A stretch of 64,000 bases of DNA from Candidatus Latescibacterota bacterium (GTDB taxonomy: Bacteria > Latescibacterota > UBA2968 > UBA8231). Location of the stretch: positions 960,001 to 1,024,000 of the forward strand of contig CBDFJF010000002.1 in the NCBI GenBank assembly GCA_965248265.1. Reading direction: 5' to 3'. Positions 28,279-38,310 of this stretch are shown here, piece by piece. A model generated the notes under the pieces. It saw nothing but the letters and a program-made list of their open reading frames with translations, did not search any database and was not told the origin of the DNA. The translations under genes and the position numbers were made by a program. Position 1 is the stretch's first letter. Each line of letters opens with the position of its first letter.

Positions 28279-30093
28279 TTACTCCGGGCGCCAAATACCG
28301 TCGCGACCCTTCTCGACCACACGCTTGGCGCCACGTCTTTTGACAGGTTCAAGCTCTCCGGTTTCGGAGTCGCGTTGAGCGATTACACGGGCCTCCGGGT
28401 CATCCGGGTCGATGATGATCTTATAGGGAATGCGCCGCATTTGTCCGGCGACTCGAACCTCGACACGGCCGATGATGGCACCCTTGCCCTTTTCGTCTTC
28501 GGAGAGGTCGTCGGCAGCTGACAATTCGTCGTCTTCGGGCGCCGCCGCGGCGACGTCCTCGGAACTCTCCTCCTGCTGTTCCTGTCGCTCGGCGACCACT
28601 TTCTGTTCAATGGAGTCGATGATACTGCTGCCCCTCTCTTCGATCTCTTCCTTTTCGTCGCTCGTCAGATCCTTGAACACGCGCCGCAACCGTCGCTGAA
28701 GGAAATTCTCCGCCTGCTTTCGAGCCTCTTCCATGTCGTCAGTGGCATGGAAGAACTCCTCGACGGTCAGTTGAACCTTCAGCATCCGGATCTCTTTGCG
28801 CCACGGTGTCGGCTTGATCAGGTGGTTGATTATGGCGATCAGACAACGCATGTCGGCGGCGGGGCGCACGCGACTGGCGCTGTCCTCCCCATTCAATCTG
28901 TCCGACATCTCCTCAGAAGACTGTTCGCGTAACTGATCGACGAAATCTTCTTCGATGGTCAGGTTGCCGATGCGTTCGGCTCCGCGCTTGACGACGTAGC
29001 TGTAGGGAGGGAGGCCGACCGAAATCATGCGGACTTCCTGATCATTGCGGTCCATGATGTCGATGACCTCATGGAGCAGTTCCGAATCGGCGGCCAGGTC
29101 TGTCACCGCTCGAGTCATCGTTTCGCCACCCTTTTCCTCGTCCAGGAGGCCCTTGTTGAAGATCAGGAATCGAAGGGCTTCGTGGTTCGAGGGCGATATG
29201 CGTTTCATCGCCTCGAAGGTCTGGACGAAGCGCACGGCGTAGTCCACGGCGCTGGCCAGTTTGCGTTCGATCTCGTCCCTCGCATCCTGGCCCAGGACAG
29301 AGTTGCGCAGACGCTCTCCTTCGGCACGGTCGATCTCGCCACTGGCAACCCGTTCATCGATGTCGCTAAGCGCCCTGACCTTTTCACCCTCCTCGCTGGA
29401 TATGAAGCCCTGCTGGACATAGGAATCGACGTGTTTGCCGGCATTGGCGATCGCGCGTTCGGTGATGGCGGCTCGAGTCTGGTTCTCCGCTGACGAGCGC
29501 TCATCCACCTCGGTTTGGGACACGGTACCGTCGCTGACGGCCTCCTGGGCCTCCGGGCTCACAGGTAGCGGTGGCGCCTCCTCGGCACTCAGCGGTTCCG
29601 CTGGGTCGTGCGGCTGAATGAGTTCTTTGCTGCCGTTGACGACTTCGATGGCGTGACTGACGCAGATCTGAGAATCGATCATTGAGGGATCGACGCGGAC
29701 ATCCTCGAGAAACCCCTGCACCCATCCCCGAGTTTTGAAACGCTCGATGCTGTTTTCGCCGACCTGTTCTATCCTGATCGGGTCCCAGTCCAACTTGAAC
29801 ACACCGGACTGGAACGCCCTGGTGACACTATTCTGGACGCCGCGGGCGACGAGTCTATCGGGATGCTCAGTGTTGAAGCTCTGAATCGCCTGGCGGAACA
29901 GTTCCTTGAGGGTCTCCGTGGCACCGGATCCAGTTACGGCGAGGTACTCCGACTCGATGGCGAGTTGATAGTCCTGTGTCGTGATCAGCGAATCACCACG
30001 ATCCAGGCGTACAAAGATCCGCTCCCAGAGCTGGTCATGCACCTCGTCAGGGAGAATGGTGTAGGTGTCGGGTACGGTCGATCCGTTTATCAT
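28279..30093 (-). CDS. Acidic hypothetical protein
   Basis: 604-aa ORF with host-like codon usage; no family recognised. Confidence 0.75.
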   Translation of the reverse strand: MINGSTVPDTYTILPDEVHDQLWERIFVRLDRGDSLITTQDYQLAIESEYLAVTGSGATETLKELFRQAIQSFNTEHPDRLVARGVQNSVTRAFQSGVFKLDWDPIRIEQVGENSIERFKTRGWVQGFLEDVRVDPSMIDSQICVSHAIEVVNGSKELIQPHDPAEPLSAEEAPPLPVSPEAQEAVSDGTVSQTEVDERSSAENQTRAAITERAIANAGKHVDSYVQQGFISSEEGEKVRALSDIDERVASGEIDRAEGERLRNSVLGQDARDEIERKLASAVDYAVRFVQTFEAMKRISPSNHEALRFLIFNKGLLDEEKGGETMTRAVTDLAADSELLHEVIDIMDRNDQEVRMISVGLPPYSYVVKRGAERIGNLTIEEDFVDQLREQSSEEMSDRLNGEDSASRVRPAADMRCLIAIINHLIKPTPWRKEIRMLKVQLTVEEFFHATDDMEEARKQAENFLQRRLRRVFKDLTSDEKEEIEERGSSIIDSIEQKVVAERQEQQEESSEDVAAAAPEDDELSAADDLSEDEKGKGAIIGRVEVRVAGQMRRIPYKIIIDPDDPEARVIAQRDSETGELEPVKRRGAKRVVEKGRDGIWRPE

Positions 30094-30460
30094 GTCAATT
30101 TCAGCAAGTCGTACCGGGTGCCAGCGGCAAAACGCGCGCCGGAGAGCTACAAAATGGCATACCTGTACAATTAATGATTACAGTAGCGAATGCCAAGCCA
30201 GCTGGTTTTGATAACATGCAAAATTCTCTCAATTCAGATAAACAGCTCTCGACCGACATCCGTATGTTATGTAAATACAATGTGTTATAGATCTACGTGA
30301 AAGAGCAATCAAGACAAATTTGGGATCTCAGGTAAGGAAGTGGTCGCCCACTGAGCGATATAGTGGGGCAAGACGCACGACATAACAATGATCCAGGTCA
30401 CGTTTGGGGTGATATACCCAAAATAAGGTCAAATGGCCCACCCAGCTCGAGAGTACTCAA

Positions 30461-31165
30461 TCAGCATAGTGGAAGCTCCAGCTGGTTGCCACCCGAGAGT
30501 TCTGGAGGGCAGGGCAAAACGCATATCGGATCGTCGAATCCAGCCTTGTTGACCCCCACTCCGACTTCGTGAGCGGTAAGATCATCGTGGCCATATGGGT
30601 GCAGCAGGCTCTGCAGTACCGAGACATCGGAATGCGAGTCGAGCCATCGTTCGCCCTCCTCCCCGGTCAAAATCGCCGGCATGCGGTTGTGGATGGCCGC
30701 GGCAAACGAATTCGGCTCCGTCGTCAGGACGGCACAGGTGCGTACAACAGCGCCGCCGGGAGCGTTCCACTCCTCCCACAGGCCGGCCATGACGAACGGG
30801 TCCTCATCGGCACGGTAGATGTACTGTGGCAGGCTGCGCTCCCTGACTCGCTTCCACTCGTAATAACCGCTGGCCGGTATAAGGCAACGGTGCCGTCTGA
30901 AGGCGTCCCGGAAGGCCGGTTTCTCATTGGCGGATTCCGAGCGGGCGTTGATCATACCGTTGCCGACAGCCGGGTCCTGAGCCCAGGACGGGACGAGGCC
31001 CCATTTGAACTGCTCGAGGGTTCGGGATTCGCGCTGCACGATGGCGCTGACCGGTTGCGATGGCGCTATGTTGTAGCGCGGCACCAGGTCCATGAGGACC
31101 TGTTCAACCCCAAAACGTTCTGCTATATCTTCCGTGCTGTGATGAAGCGTGAACCGGCCACACAT
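30461..31165 (-). CDS. SOS response-associated peptidase (SRAP/YedK/HMCES)
   Basis: MCGRF start, RYNIAPSQ, INARSE, GYYEW, IHNRMP. Confidence 0.95.
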   Translation of the reverse strand: MCGRFTLHHSTEDIAERFGVEQVLMDLVPRYNIAPSQPVSAIVQRESRTLEQFKWGLVPSWAQDPAVGNGMINARSESANEKPAFRDAFRRHRCLIPASGYYEWKRVRERSLPQYIYRADEDPFVMAGLWEEWNAPGGAVVRTCAVLTTEPNSFAAAIHNRMPAILTGEEGERWLDSHSDVSVLQSLLHPYGHDDLTAHEVGVGVNKAGFDDPICVLPCPPELSGGNQLELPLC

Positions 31166-31425
31166 TTGGAGGCTCTTTCCTCCTTACGTTTCGTCGGTGC
31201 GAGGTGCGTCTGTGCCTGCTTCGCTTAATCTTTTCGATCCATCCTTGGATCGAAAAGAATCGGCTGCTGGCTCGCTACGCAATCCTGCTGCGCGAGCCAG
31301 CAGGCGACGCTGCACAGGCACAGACGCACCTCGCATCAGGTAACATCAGATATGAGTACCATAATCATGCGGGGGTGCAGGTTCCAGACACGGTTAGATG
31401 ATAGGGCGACCTGGAGAGGCCACGT

Positions 31426-32145
31426 ATGATGGGGGGATCGGAAGGAAAGGCAGCGGAGGCACTCGATCCGGGGGTTAGGGACGGGTTGATTGAGCATCTC
31501 GCCGGTTTTGTCAGCGATGCCAGACGGGAGCGGATTGATTGGGTGTTGGAGCGGCGGACTCGGTGTGTGACCGTGTTGTTGGAGGATGTGTATCAGCCTC
31601 ACAATGCGAGTGCGGTGCTGCGTTCCTGCGAGTGTTTCGGGGTGCAGGATGTGCATGTGTTCGAAGGGCGCAATGCGTACAGTCCGAGTCCGGATGTGGC
31701 TATGGGGGCGGCGCAGTGGTTGGATTTGGTGAAATATGCGACGAACACGGGTGACACGATTGCCAGTTGCTGCGACGAGCTGCGCTCGAGGGGGTATCGT
31801 GTGGTGGCGGCGACGCCGAGGGAGAGCGCAACGGGGTTGGATGATCTCGAGTTGAGCGAGGATCTGGCGATCATGTTGGGGACGGAAGAGGCTGGGCTGT
31901 CGGCGGCGGCATTGGCAGCGGCGGACGAGCATGTTCGCATTCCGATGCAGGGCTTCACCGAGAGCTTCAATGTATCGGTGTGCGCGGCGCTGATGTTGCA
32001 TCAGGTAACCGGTCGCATGCGCAGAGTGAGGGATGACTTCGGTCTTTCAGATGAGGAAAAGCAAGAATTGCGGTCGCGTTGGTACCGAAACTCGATAAAG
32101 AAGGTTCACTTGTTGGAGGCGCGTTACCTGGCAGACCACGAGTGA
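31426..32145 (+). CDS. trmH: SpoU/TrmH family tRNA (Gm18) methyltransferase
   Basis: HNASAVLRSCECFG, GTEEAGLS, IPMQGFTESFNVSV. Confidence 0.85.
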   Translation: MMGGSEGKAAEALDPGVRDGLIEHLAGFVSDARRERIDWVLERRTRCVTVLLEDVYQPHNASAVLRSCECFGVQDVHVFEGRNAYSPSPDVAMGAAQWLDLVKYATNTGDTIASCCDELRSRGYRVVAATPRESATGLDDLELSEDLAIMLGTEEAGLSAAALAAADEHVRIPMQGFTESFNVSVCAALMLHQVTGRMRRVRDDFGLSDEEKQELRSRWYRNSIKKVHLLEARYLADHE

Positions 32146-32157
32146 GTCATAGAGCAC

Positions 32158-34563
32158 TCACTCCCCGTCGCCTTCCTCGGGAGCTTGATTGCTGGTAGCG
32201 GTCGCAGTTTCCGGCGGTTCCACATGCTGCATCGTCCTCAGGCTATCCAGCAAGGCTCCTGAGCGCACTCTCAGGATGGGTCCCCGGCGGAGAAATTCGT
32301 CCTGTCCGTGCGGACCGCGGTACTGGCCGTGGATGATCGCCCGGTAGTTCCCGCTCGGCAACCTTGCTTGCGCGCTCAAGAACAACTGCTCCTCCGCATC
32401 TCCGCCGCCGAATGGCCACCATCGGCGGCGCTTTCCCTGACGAAGTTCGCCGAGGGGCCGCTTTTCTGCCCCATCCAGAGTCTGGATGCTGACAGCGCCG
32501 GTGGACCAGGAGATGTCCTCGTCATCCACCAAGCGAAAAGAAAGGCTCAGGGGCTTTCCTTCCGCGTAGTAGGCGCGTCCGGCGATCGAGTCCGTGCTGG
32601 CTGCAGCTGCCTTGGCGGTGAAGGTGACTGCTGGGCCGCGATGCGGGGGGGCGGTGGCCGACGATGTCGGTCCTCCGTGGAGGAGAGGCATGGTACGTTG
32701 CGCGATCTCGCGGTCGAGTTGAAAGAGGGCGAAGCCGTCAGCACCTGAGCGCCGAGTCGATCTGATCTGATTCACCAGATCTTCCGGGTGCAATTGCCAG
32801 GCGCCGATGCCGATGTAGAGGGGGGCTCGGCCGTCCATCCAGCTCACCTGACGCTGCACCAGGCTGTCGAACGCCGATTGGTCGGGCCTGTAGTCCATTG
32901 GAATCACGAAATCGAGGTAGCCATCCTCGATCCACTGCACCCAGTCCTGACCGAGCGTGACCCGGGTGCGCGGCCAGTCAGGGAATACGGCAGCCGAGAT
33001 CTTGACGCCGGGGCGGCTGTCGCTCAGATGCGCGCTGATTTCACGGACCAGGGCGGTGACCTGCTCCATCCTCCAGGTGGCAAAGGCCTCCGAGAGGGGA
33101 CCGTCGATGACGTCACGCGGCCAATCGGAGATGCTGTGTCCTGTTTGCTCGGAAAAACGCACTCGGCAGCCGTTGTCGAAGCAGGCCCCGTCATGCGGGA
33201 AGCGTATATAGTCGAGATGAAGACCATCGATATCATACTCTTCCGCAACCTCGACGGCCGCTGCCAGCTCGAGTTGGCGATTGGCGGGATGGGAAGGGCA
33301 AAGCCAGGCGATCTCCCGGCCCCGGGCGTCGGTTTGCAGTCGGTTCTCGAGACGCATGACATCCACGAACACGGAATCGGCCGTCCTCAGTTTGTAACAC
33401 ACCTTCCAGACGTGGAGCTCCAGGTCCTGAGCGTGGCAGGCTCTGATGGCGGTTTGCAGACGGTCCTTTCCGGCCATCGAGAGACCGTCGGCGGACAGTA
33501 CGGCACTGGGGTAGCTCGCTTCCGCCGCCCCCAGGAATCGTGCGAGTATGGCATTGAAACCGTTGCGGGCTACCAGTCTTGCCGTCTGCGGCCAGCCGAA
33601 GCCAGACAGACCCTCGGAATCGGCCAGCCAGACGCCGCGAAACTCGCCACGACGACTCGGGAGCGCCGTGGCCATTGCGGTAACGGCGTGGTCTCGTGAT
33701 TGCAGGGCGAACTCCAGCGCTTGCGGGTAGCGCTCCTGCGCCAGTGCCTGTCGTGCCCTGGCACCTGCCCGCCGAGAGTCGTGCAACAGGTCGTCAGTGT
33801 CGTCGTGCACGGCAACAACGGCTTCTGCTGCATTCAGGGTGCCAACCACAGCTTGGGGCCACGTCTCCGGGAAGAAATGACCAAGCAAGGTGGCATACAA
33901 CCGTCCGGATTCACCAGAATCACCATCCAGGAGCACATGCGTGAGATGGGCGCCAGCCGGTCCGACCAGCAGGGCGGGAAAGCCGGTGTCCTGCCCCTCG
34001 AGGTTGTGCCACCGGGCTGCGACCATGACGGAGTCTCCCTGCGGTTCGACGCGGTAAATGTTCCAGGAGCTCTGGTGGACGACCGGAGGCAGGTTGGGCA
34101 CAACGTCGATGGTGCGGATCTGGGCAAACTGTCCGCGATACTTCGGCGACACAAATTCGAGCTGGCGGATGCCAGTGAGGTGCTGGATTTCAGGTGGGAG
34201 CAAGAAATACGTAAACAGACGACCACCGGAAGCGCGGAAAGTTTGCAGCCAGGTCACAACCTCGGGGTCATCCGATACGTCGTAGGCCAAGAACAGGGCG
34301 TCGACTGAATCGGAAGGGACATCGCTCAGCGCGCCGTCCTCGATGCGTGAGTGCTCGAGGCCGACGTAGTCGAGTGACCGAGAGACCTGCTCAAGGTAGG
34401 ATGATCCGTAGAGGGCGATGACCGGACCGGACTCGGCCGGGCACACGAAGCCCACGAGCGCGAGCACGATCGCGCAAGCGCGGGTCGCGTAAACGCGGAT
34501 CACGTAAACGCGGGTCGTGCAAATGCGGGCAGCGCACGCGGGCCGAATTAGACGGGATCTCAC
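32158..34563 (-). CDS. Glycoside hydrolase-like family 10 (GHL10/DUF187) exported protein
   Basis: EFRGVW, CHAQDLELHVW, WLCPSHP, DGLHLDYIRFP, GQDW, PMDY; GTG 34563 overlaps the upstream stop. Confidence 0.85.
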   Translation of the reverse strand: MRSRLIRPACAARICTTRVYVIRVYATRACAIVLALVGFVCPAESGPVIALYGSSYLEQVSRSLDYVGLEHSRIEDGALSDVPSDSVDALFLAYDVSDDPEVVTWLQTFRASGGRLFTYFLLPPEIQHLTGIRQLEFVSPKYRGQFAQIRTIDVVPNLPPVVHQSSWNIYRVEPQGDSVMVAARWHNLEGQDTGFPALLVGPAGAHLTHVLLDGDSGESGRLYATLLGHFFPETWPQAVVGTLNAAEAVVAVHDDTDDLLHDSRRAGARARQALAQERYPQALEFALQSRDHAVTAMATALPSRRGEFRGVWLADSEGLSGFGWPQTARLVARNGFNAILARFLGAAEASYPSAVLSADGLSMAGKDRLQTAIRACHAQDLELHVWKVCYKLRTADSVFVDVMRLENRLQTDARGREIAWLCPSHPANRQLELAAAVEVAEEYDIDGLHLDYIRFPHDGACFDNGCRVRFSEQTGHSISDWPRDVIDGPLSEAFATWRMEQVTALVREISAHLSDSRPGVKISAAVFPDWPRTRVTLGQDWVQWIEDGYLDFVIPMDYRPDQSAFDSLVQRQVSWMDGRAPLYIGIGAWQLHPEDLVNQIRSTRRSGADGFALFQLDREIAQRTMPLLHGGPTSSATAPPHRGPAVTFTAKAAAASTDSIAGRAYYAEGKPLSLSFRLVDDEDISWSTGAVSIQTLDGAEKRPLGELRQGKRRRWWPFGGGDAEEQLFLSAQARLPSGNYRAIIHGQYRGPHGQDEFLRRGPILRVRSGALLDSLRTMQHVEPPETATATSNQAPEEGDGE
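34468..34527. repeat. Four imperfect 15-bp tandem repeats in the GHL10 5' end
   Basis: GATCGCGCAAGCGCG, GGTCGCGTAAACGCG, GATCACGTAAACGCG, GGTCGTGCAAATGCG. Confidence 0.7.
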
Positions 34564-35213
34564 TTGTCGATGACGAGCAGCCGGCCATGGATCAACGGCG
34601 CATCTCCCGGCCATGACAGCAGCGGTTCTTCCACTTGCCAGCTCATCTCGGTGGCACCGAGTTCGTCGACGCAGCGGGATGCCAGGTTTCTGAAGGCCAT
34701 GCGTCCCGGATCGGAAAGCACGATTCGCCCGGTGCCGGCGCGACAGGCCCTGGCAATGAGGTCGTACAGAGGTTGGACCATGCTGCTGCGGAAGCAGATA
34801 TCAGCGCCGATCACGACATCCTGCTTTTCCAGTATTGCCGTCTCCACCCGGTCGAAGCCGCCACTGAAATGCTGGATGTTTACCTCATTGACTTCCGCGT
34901 TGAGCTCCAGAAACGGAAACACCTGCGGGTCGAGATCCACGGATGTCACCGTTGCCGAACACACCCTCGCGCAATAGACGCTGGCCAGGCCCCAGCCGCA
35001 ACCAACTTCCATGATGTTGACCGGTTGTACCGGTTTGTGTTTCTCCAGATAGGACAGCAGCAGCCAGGTCGCGTTCCACAGTTTGTGACCCTGATAGGAA
35101 GGCGTATGGTGTCGGCGCAGCTCGCGAAGGCGTGGATGAGAGGAGCGCAGCACACGGATGCCGAAAACTTGACGCTCGTATGGCCCTGACTCAGTTTTCC
35201 GCGGTGCATCCAT
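34560..35213 (-). CDS. Class I SAM-dependent methyltransferase (family 16-like)
   Basis: GHKLW, MEVGCGWGL, IGADICF, SDPGR. Confidence 0.85.
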   Translation of the reverse strand: MDAPRKTESGPYERQVFGIRVLRSSHPRLRELRRHHTPSYQGHKLWNATWLLLSYLEKHKPVQPVNIMEVGCGWGLASVYCARVCSATVTSVDLDPQVFPFLELNAEVNEVNIQHFSGGFDRVETAILEKQDVVIGADICFRSSMVQPLYDLIARACRAGTGRIVLSDPGRMAFRNLASRCVDELGATEMSWQVEEPLLSWPGDAPLIHGRLLVIDK

Positions 35214-35302
35214 CGGGTCGGTCCCATGTCTTTCGTCGTCGTGACGCAGGGGTCTCCGACAAAGATAGCATCAGTCGCGACGGCACGTTTCCCCTGCCAT
35301 GA

Positions 35303-36403
35303 ATGATGTCTGAGTCTCTGCCGCTCACCAGGATCGTTGCCGAGCTGCCCCCGATGACTCCGTTCGTCGGGCCTGAAACGCTCGAACGCAGGATGGGGCG
35401 AGCGTTCGATGTCCGGGTAGGTGCCAATGAGAGCGCCTTCGGAATCTCGCCGAAGGCGACAGAGGCGATGAGCCAGGCTGTCGAACGGGTAGCCTGGTAC
35501 AACGACCCGGACAATTTTGATCTGCGCACAGCCCTCGGTGACCGCCACGGCATCGAGCTCGACCAGATCTGCGTCAGTGCTGGCATCGATGACCTGCTCG
35601 GGCTCATCGTGCGTATTTTCGTGGAGCGTGGAGATCCCGTGGTCGCTTCGCAGGGGTCCTACCCTACCTTCGCCTTTCACGTAAGCGGTTTCGGTGGACG
35701 TGCCGAACTGGTGCCCTACGTCGACGACCGGGCGGACCTGGATGGACTGTTGGCGAGGGTCGTGCAAACCGGTGCCCACGTCGTTTACCTGGCCAATCCG
35801 GATAATCCGATGGGCAGGTGGCATGAGGCCGACGAGGTGGAGGGGTTTCTCCGTGCCCTGCCGACCGATTGCATCGCCATAATAGACGAAGCATACGCGG
35901 ATTTTGCCCCCGCCACAGCGATCCCGGCGATGGACCCAGCCGATCGGCGTACCATCCGGACACGCACGTTCTCCAAGGCGCACGGCATGGCGGGAGCCCG
36001 TATCGGCTACGCCCTGGCGCACACCGCTCTGGTGGCCGAACTGGAGAAGGTCCGCAATCACTTCGGTGTGAACCGCGTGGCACAAGCTGGTGCGCTGGCT
36101 TCCCTGAAGGACGAAATTTTCGTGCAGGATGTCGTCGCAGCGGTCGCGGAAGGCAGAGCAGACTACGCGCGCATGGCACAGGATCTCGGTCTGGCCACGG
36201 TCCCTTCCGCCACCAACTTCCTCTGCTTCGATATGGGTTCAAACGAGCACGCTGTGGCCACGCTTCAATCGTTGCAGGAACGCGGCGTCTTCGTGCGCAT
36301 GCCAAGCTCCCCTCCGCAGAACCGGTGCATTCGCGTTACGGTGGGCCTGCCGCAAGAGCGTCGCCGGTTTGAAGCCATTCTGAAGGAGGTGCTGCAGACG
36401 TGA
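35303..36403 (+). CDS. PLP-dependent aminotransferase class I/II, HisC-like
   Basis: GANESAFG, NPDNPMG, DEAY, RTFSKAHGMAGARIGY, SATNF. Confidence 0.88.
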   Translation: MMSESLPLTRIVAELPPMTPFVGPETLERRMGRAFDVRVGANESAFGISPKATEAMSQAVERVAWYNDPDNFDLRTALGDRHGIELDQICVSAGIDDLLGLIVRIFVERGDPVVASQGSYPTFAFHVSGFGGRAELVPYVDDRADLDGLLARVVQTGAHVVYLANPDNPMGRWHEADEVEGFLRALPTDCIAIIDEAYADFAPATAIPAMDPADRRTIRTRTFSKAHGMAGARIGYALAHTALVAELEKVRNHFGVNRVAQAGALASLKDEIFVQDVVAAVAEGRADYARMAQDLGLATVPSATNFLCFDMGSNEHAVATLQSLQERGVFVRMPSSPPQNRCIRVTVGLPQERRRFEAILKEVLQT

Positions 36404-37293
36404 AGATTCTGGTTTCCGGATCCACGGGCTTCGTCGGTTCCGCGCTGTGCACGGTCTTGCGGGGTCGTCGCCATCAGGTCGTTCCGCTGGTGCGGGGAGG
36501 CACCGACGTGGACGGGGCTGCTGTGCTCTGGGATCCGCTGACCGGTAGCCTTGACCATCAGCAGCTCGAGGGAATCGATGCCGTCATCCATCTGGCGGGT
36601 GAGAATGTGGCCTCCGGGCGCTGGAACGCAGCGCGGAAGGAACGCATCCGCGCCAGCCGCGTGGAGGGGACGCGGTTGCTGGCCACCAGGCTGAGTCTGC
36701 TCGACCGTCCACCAGCCGTCGCGGTCTGTGCTTCCGCCATCGGCTACTACGGCAATCGGGCGGATGAAGTGATGACGGAGGAGAGCACTCCGGGAACCGG
36801 GTTTTTGGCTGAGGTCGTGCAGGAATGGGAACAGGCCACGATGCCGATGCGGGACAAGGGCATCAGAGTCGTCAACATGCGAATTGGCGTGGTGTTGTCG
36901 CCGATCGGGGCAGCCCTCGAGCGCATGCTGCTGCCGTTCCGCCTGGGCTTGGGGGGGCGTATTGGGGACGGGCGTCAGTACATGAGCTGGATCACGCTGG
37001 AGGACGTCATTGAGGCGATCGCTCTTGCTCTGGATAACGAGTCACTGAGCGGTCCCGTGAACACGGTGTCACCCGGGCACGTGACGAACCGGCACTTCAC
37101 CCGGGCCCTGGGCCGTGCCGTGCGTCGGCCGACGCTGCTACCGGTGCCGGCGTGGCTGGTGCGTCTGGCCATGGGGGAGATGGGGGAGGATCTTCTGCTA
37201 TCCAGCACGCGGGTTGAGCCGGTGCGGTTGTTGCAGGCCGGTTACGAGTTTCACTGTCCGACTATCGAGTCGGCGTTCGAGCACATGCTGTGA
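36400..37293 (+). CDS. TIGR01777 family (YfcH-like) NAD-dependent epimerase
   Basis: GSTGFVG, HLAGENVASGRW, SAIGYYG, GDGRQYMSWI. Confidence 0.9.
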   Translation: MKILVSGSTGFVGSALCTVLRGRRHQVVPLVRGGTDVDGAAVLWDPLTGSLDHQQLEGIDAVIHLAGENVASGRWNAARKERIRASRVEGTRLLATRLSLLDRPPAVAVCASAIGYYGNRADEVMTEESTPGTGFLAEVVQEWEQATMPMRDKGIRVVNMRIGVVLSPIGAALERMLLPFRLGLGGRIGDGRQYMSWITLEDVIEAIALALDNESLSGPVNTVSPGHVTNRHFTRALGRAVRRPTLLPVPAWLVRLAMGEMGEDLLLSSTRVEPVRLLQAGYEFHCPTIESAFEHML

Positions 37294-37329
37294 TATCGCC
37301 CAGTTCGGAGCCCCGCGAGTAGGTAAGCT

Positions 37330-38310
37330 ATGCGTGTCAGCTACACTCCCGATTACTACGTGGAACTCGCCTCAGGCCATCCCTTTCCGATGGGCAAGTT
37401 CCCTGCGTTCAAGCAGATTCTATGCGGTGAAGGACTGATCCGTCCACAGGATATCGTCGCGCCGGAGGAAGTTGGTTGGGATGCACTCGAACTGGTGCAC
37501 ACCAGGGACTACCTGCGCGAACTGCGGGATGGACAGATGAGCAAGTCGGCTGTGCGGCGCATGGGGTTGCCATGGTCTCAGGCGCTGGTACGACGGTCTC
37601 GTCTCGCCGTGCAGGGCACCCTTAGCGCCGCGCGTATGGCGCTGAAGGATGGAATAGCGGCCAACCTGGCGGGCGGTACTCATCATGCCTTTCCCGATCA
37701 CGCCGAGGGATTCTGCGTCCTCAATGACGTCGCGGTCACCATTCGCCTGTTGCAACGACAGCGCGAGATAGAGCGTGCTCTCGTCATCGATCTCGATGTT
37801 CATCAAGGCAACGGCAACGCGGCGGCCCTGCCGGATGGAACCGGCGCCTTCACCTTCTCCATGCACGGGGCGCACAACTATCCGTTCGACAAGGGGAAGT
37901 CGTCTCTGGATGTGCAGCTGGATGACGGTCTCACCGACGACGACTACATCGAGACCCTCGACCGCCACTTGCCGCTGGCATTGGATCGCGCGCGAGCCGA
38001 CATCGTCTTCTACCTCGCCGGGGTCGATCTGGTCGCCGGTGACCGCTATGGCCGGCTGGCGCTGAGCCGCGCGGGTCTGCACCGGCGTGACCGGGCCGTA
38101 CTGGAGGCCGTGCACGAGCGTGGACTCACCACGGTCCTGTTGATGTCGGGAGGGTACGCCCGGACACCTGAGGAGACCGCTGATCTGCACGCCATCGTAC
38201 ACCGGGAGGCCCACAGCCTGTCTTTCGCACCCATGCCAGGGCACGCGAGGGCTGCCAGCACTGATCTTGTCAAAAGTTTGTCTACGTCAGAAAGGGATCT
38301 GCTATCATGA
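37330..38310 (+). CDS. Histone deacetylase family protein
   Basis: HPFPMGKF, GGTHHA, GFCVLND, DLDVHQGNG, GGY. Confidence 0.93.
   Translation: MRVSYTPDYYVELASGHPFPMGKFPAFKQILCGEGLIRPQDIVAPEEVGWDALELVHTRDYLRELRDGQMSKSAVRRMGLPWSQALVRRSRLAVQGTLSAARMALKDGIAANLAGGTHHAFPDHAEGFCVLNDVAVTIRLLQRQREIERALVIDLDVHQGNGNAAALPDGTGAFTFSMHGAHNYPFDKGKSSLDVQLDDGLTDDDYIETLDRHLPLALDRARADIVFYLAGVDLVAGDRYGRLALSRAGLHRRDRAVLEAVHERGLTTVLLMSGGYARTPEETADLHAIVHREAHSLSFAPMPGHARAASTDLVKSLSTSERDLLS

Noticed and set aside
27283-28521. Long antisense ORFs (also 7964-8878, 34946-36085, 45717-46862, 49326-50327)
   Set aside because: Shadows of real genes, expected in GC-rich DNA; no recognisable motifs
30094-30460. ncRNA or tRNA in the AT-rich intergenic region
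   Set aside because: Only short hairpins; no cloverleaf or recognisable riboswitch. tRNA-Sec was not seen anywhere in the window
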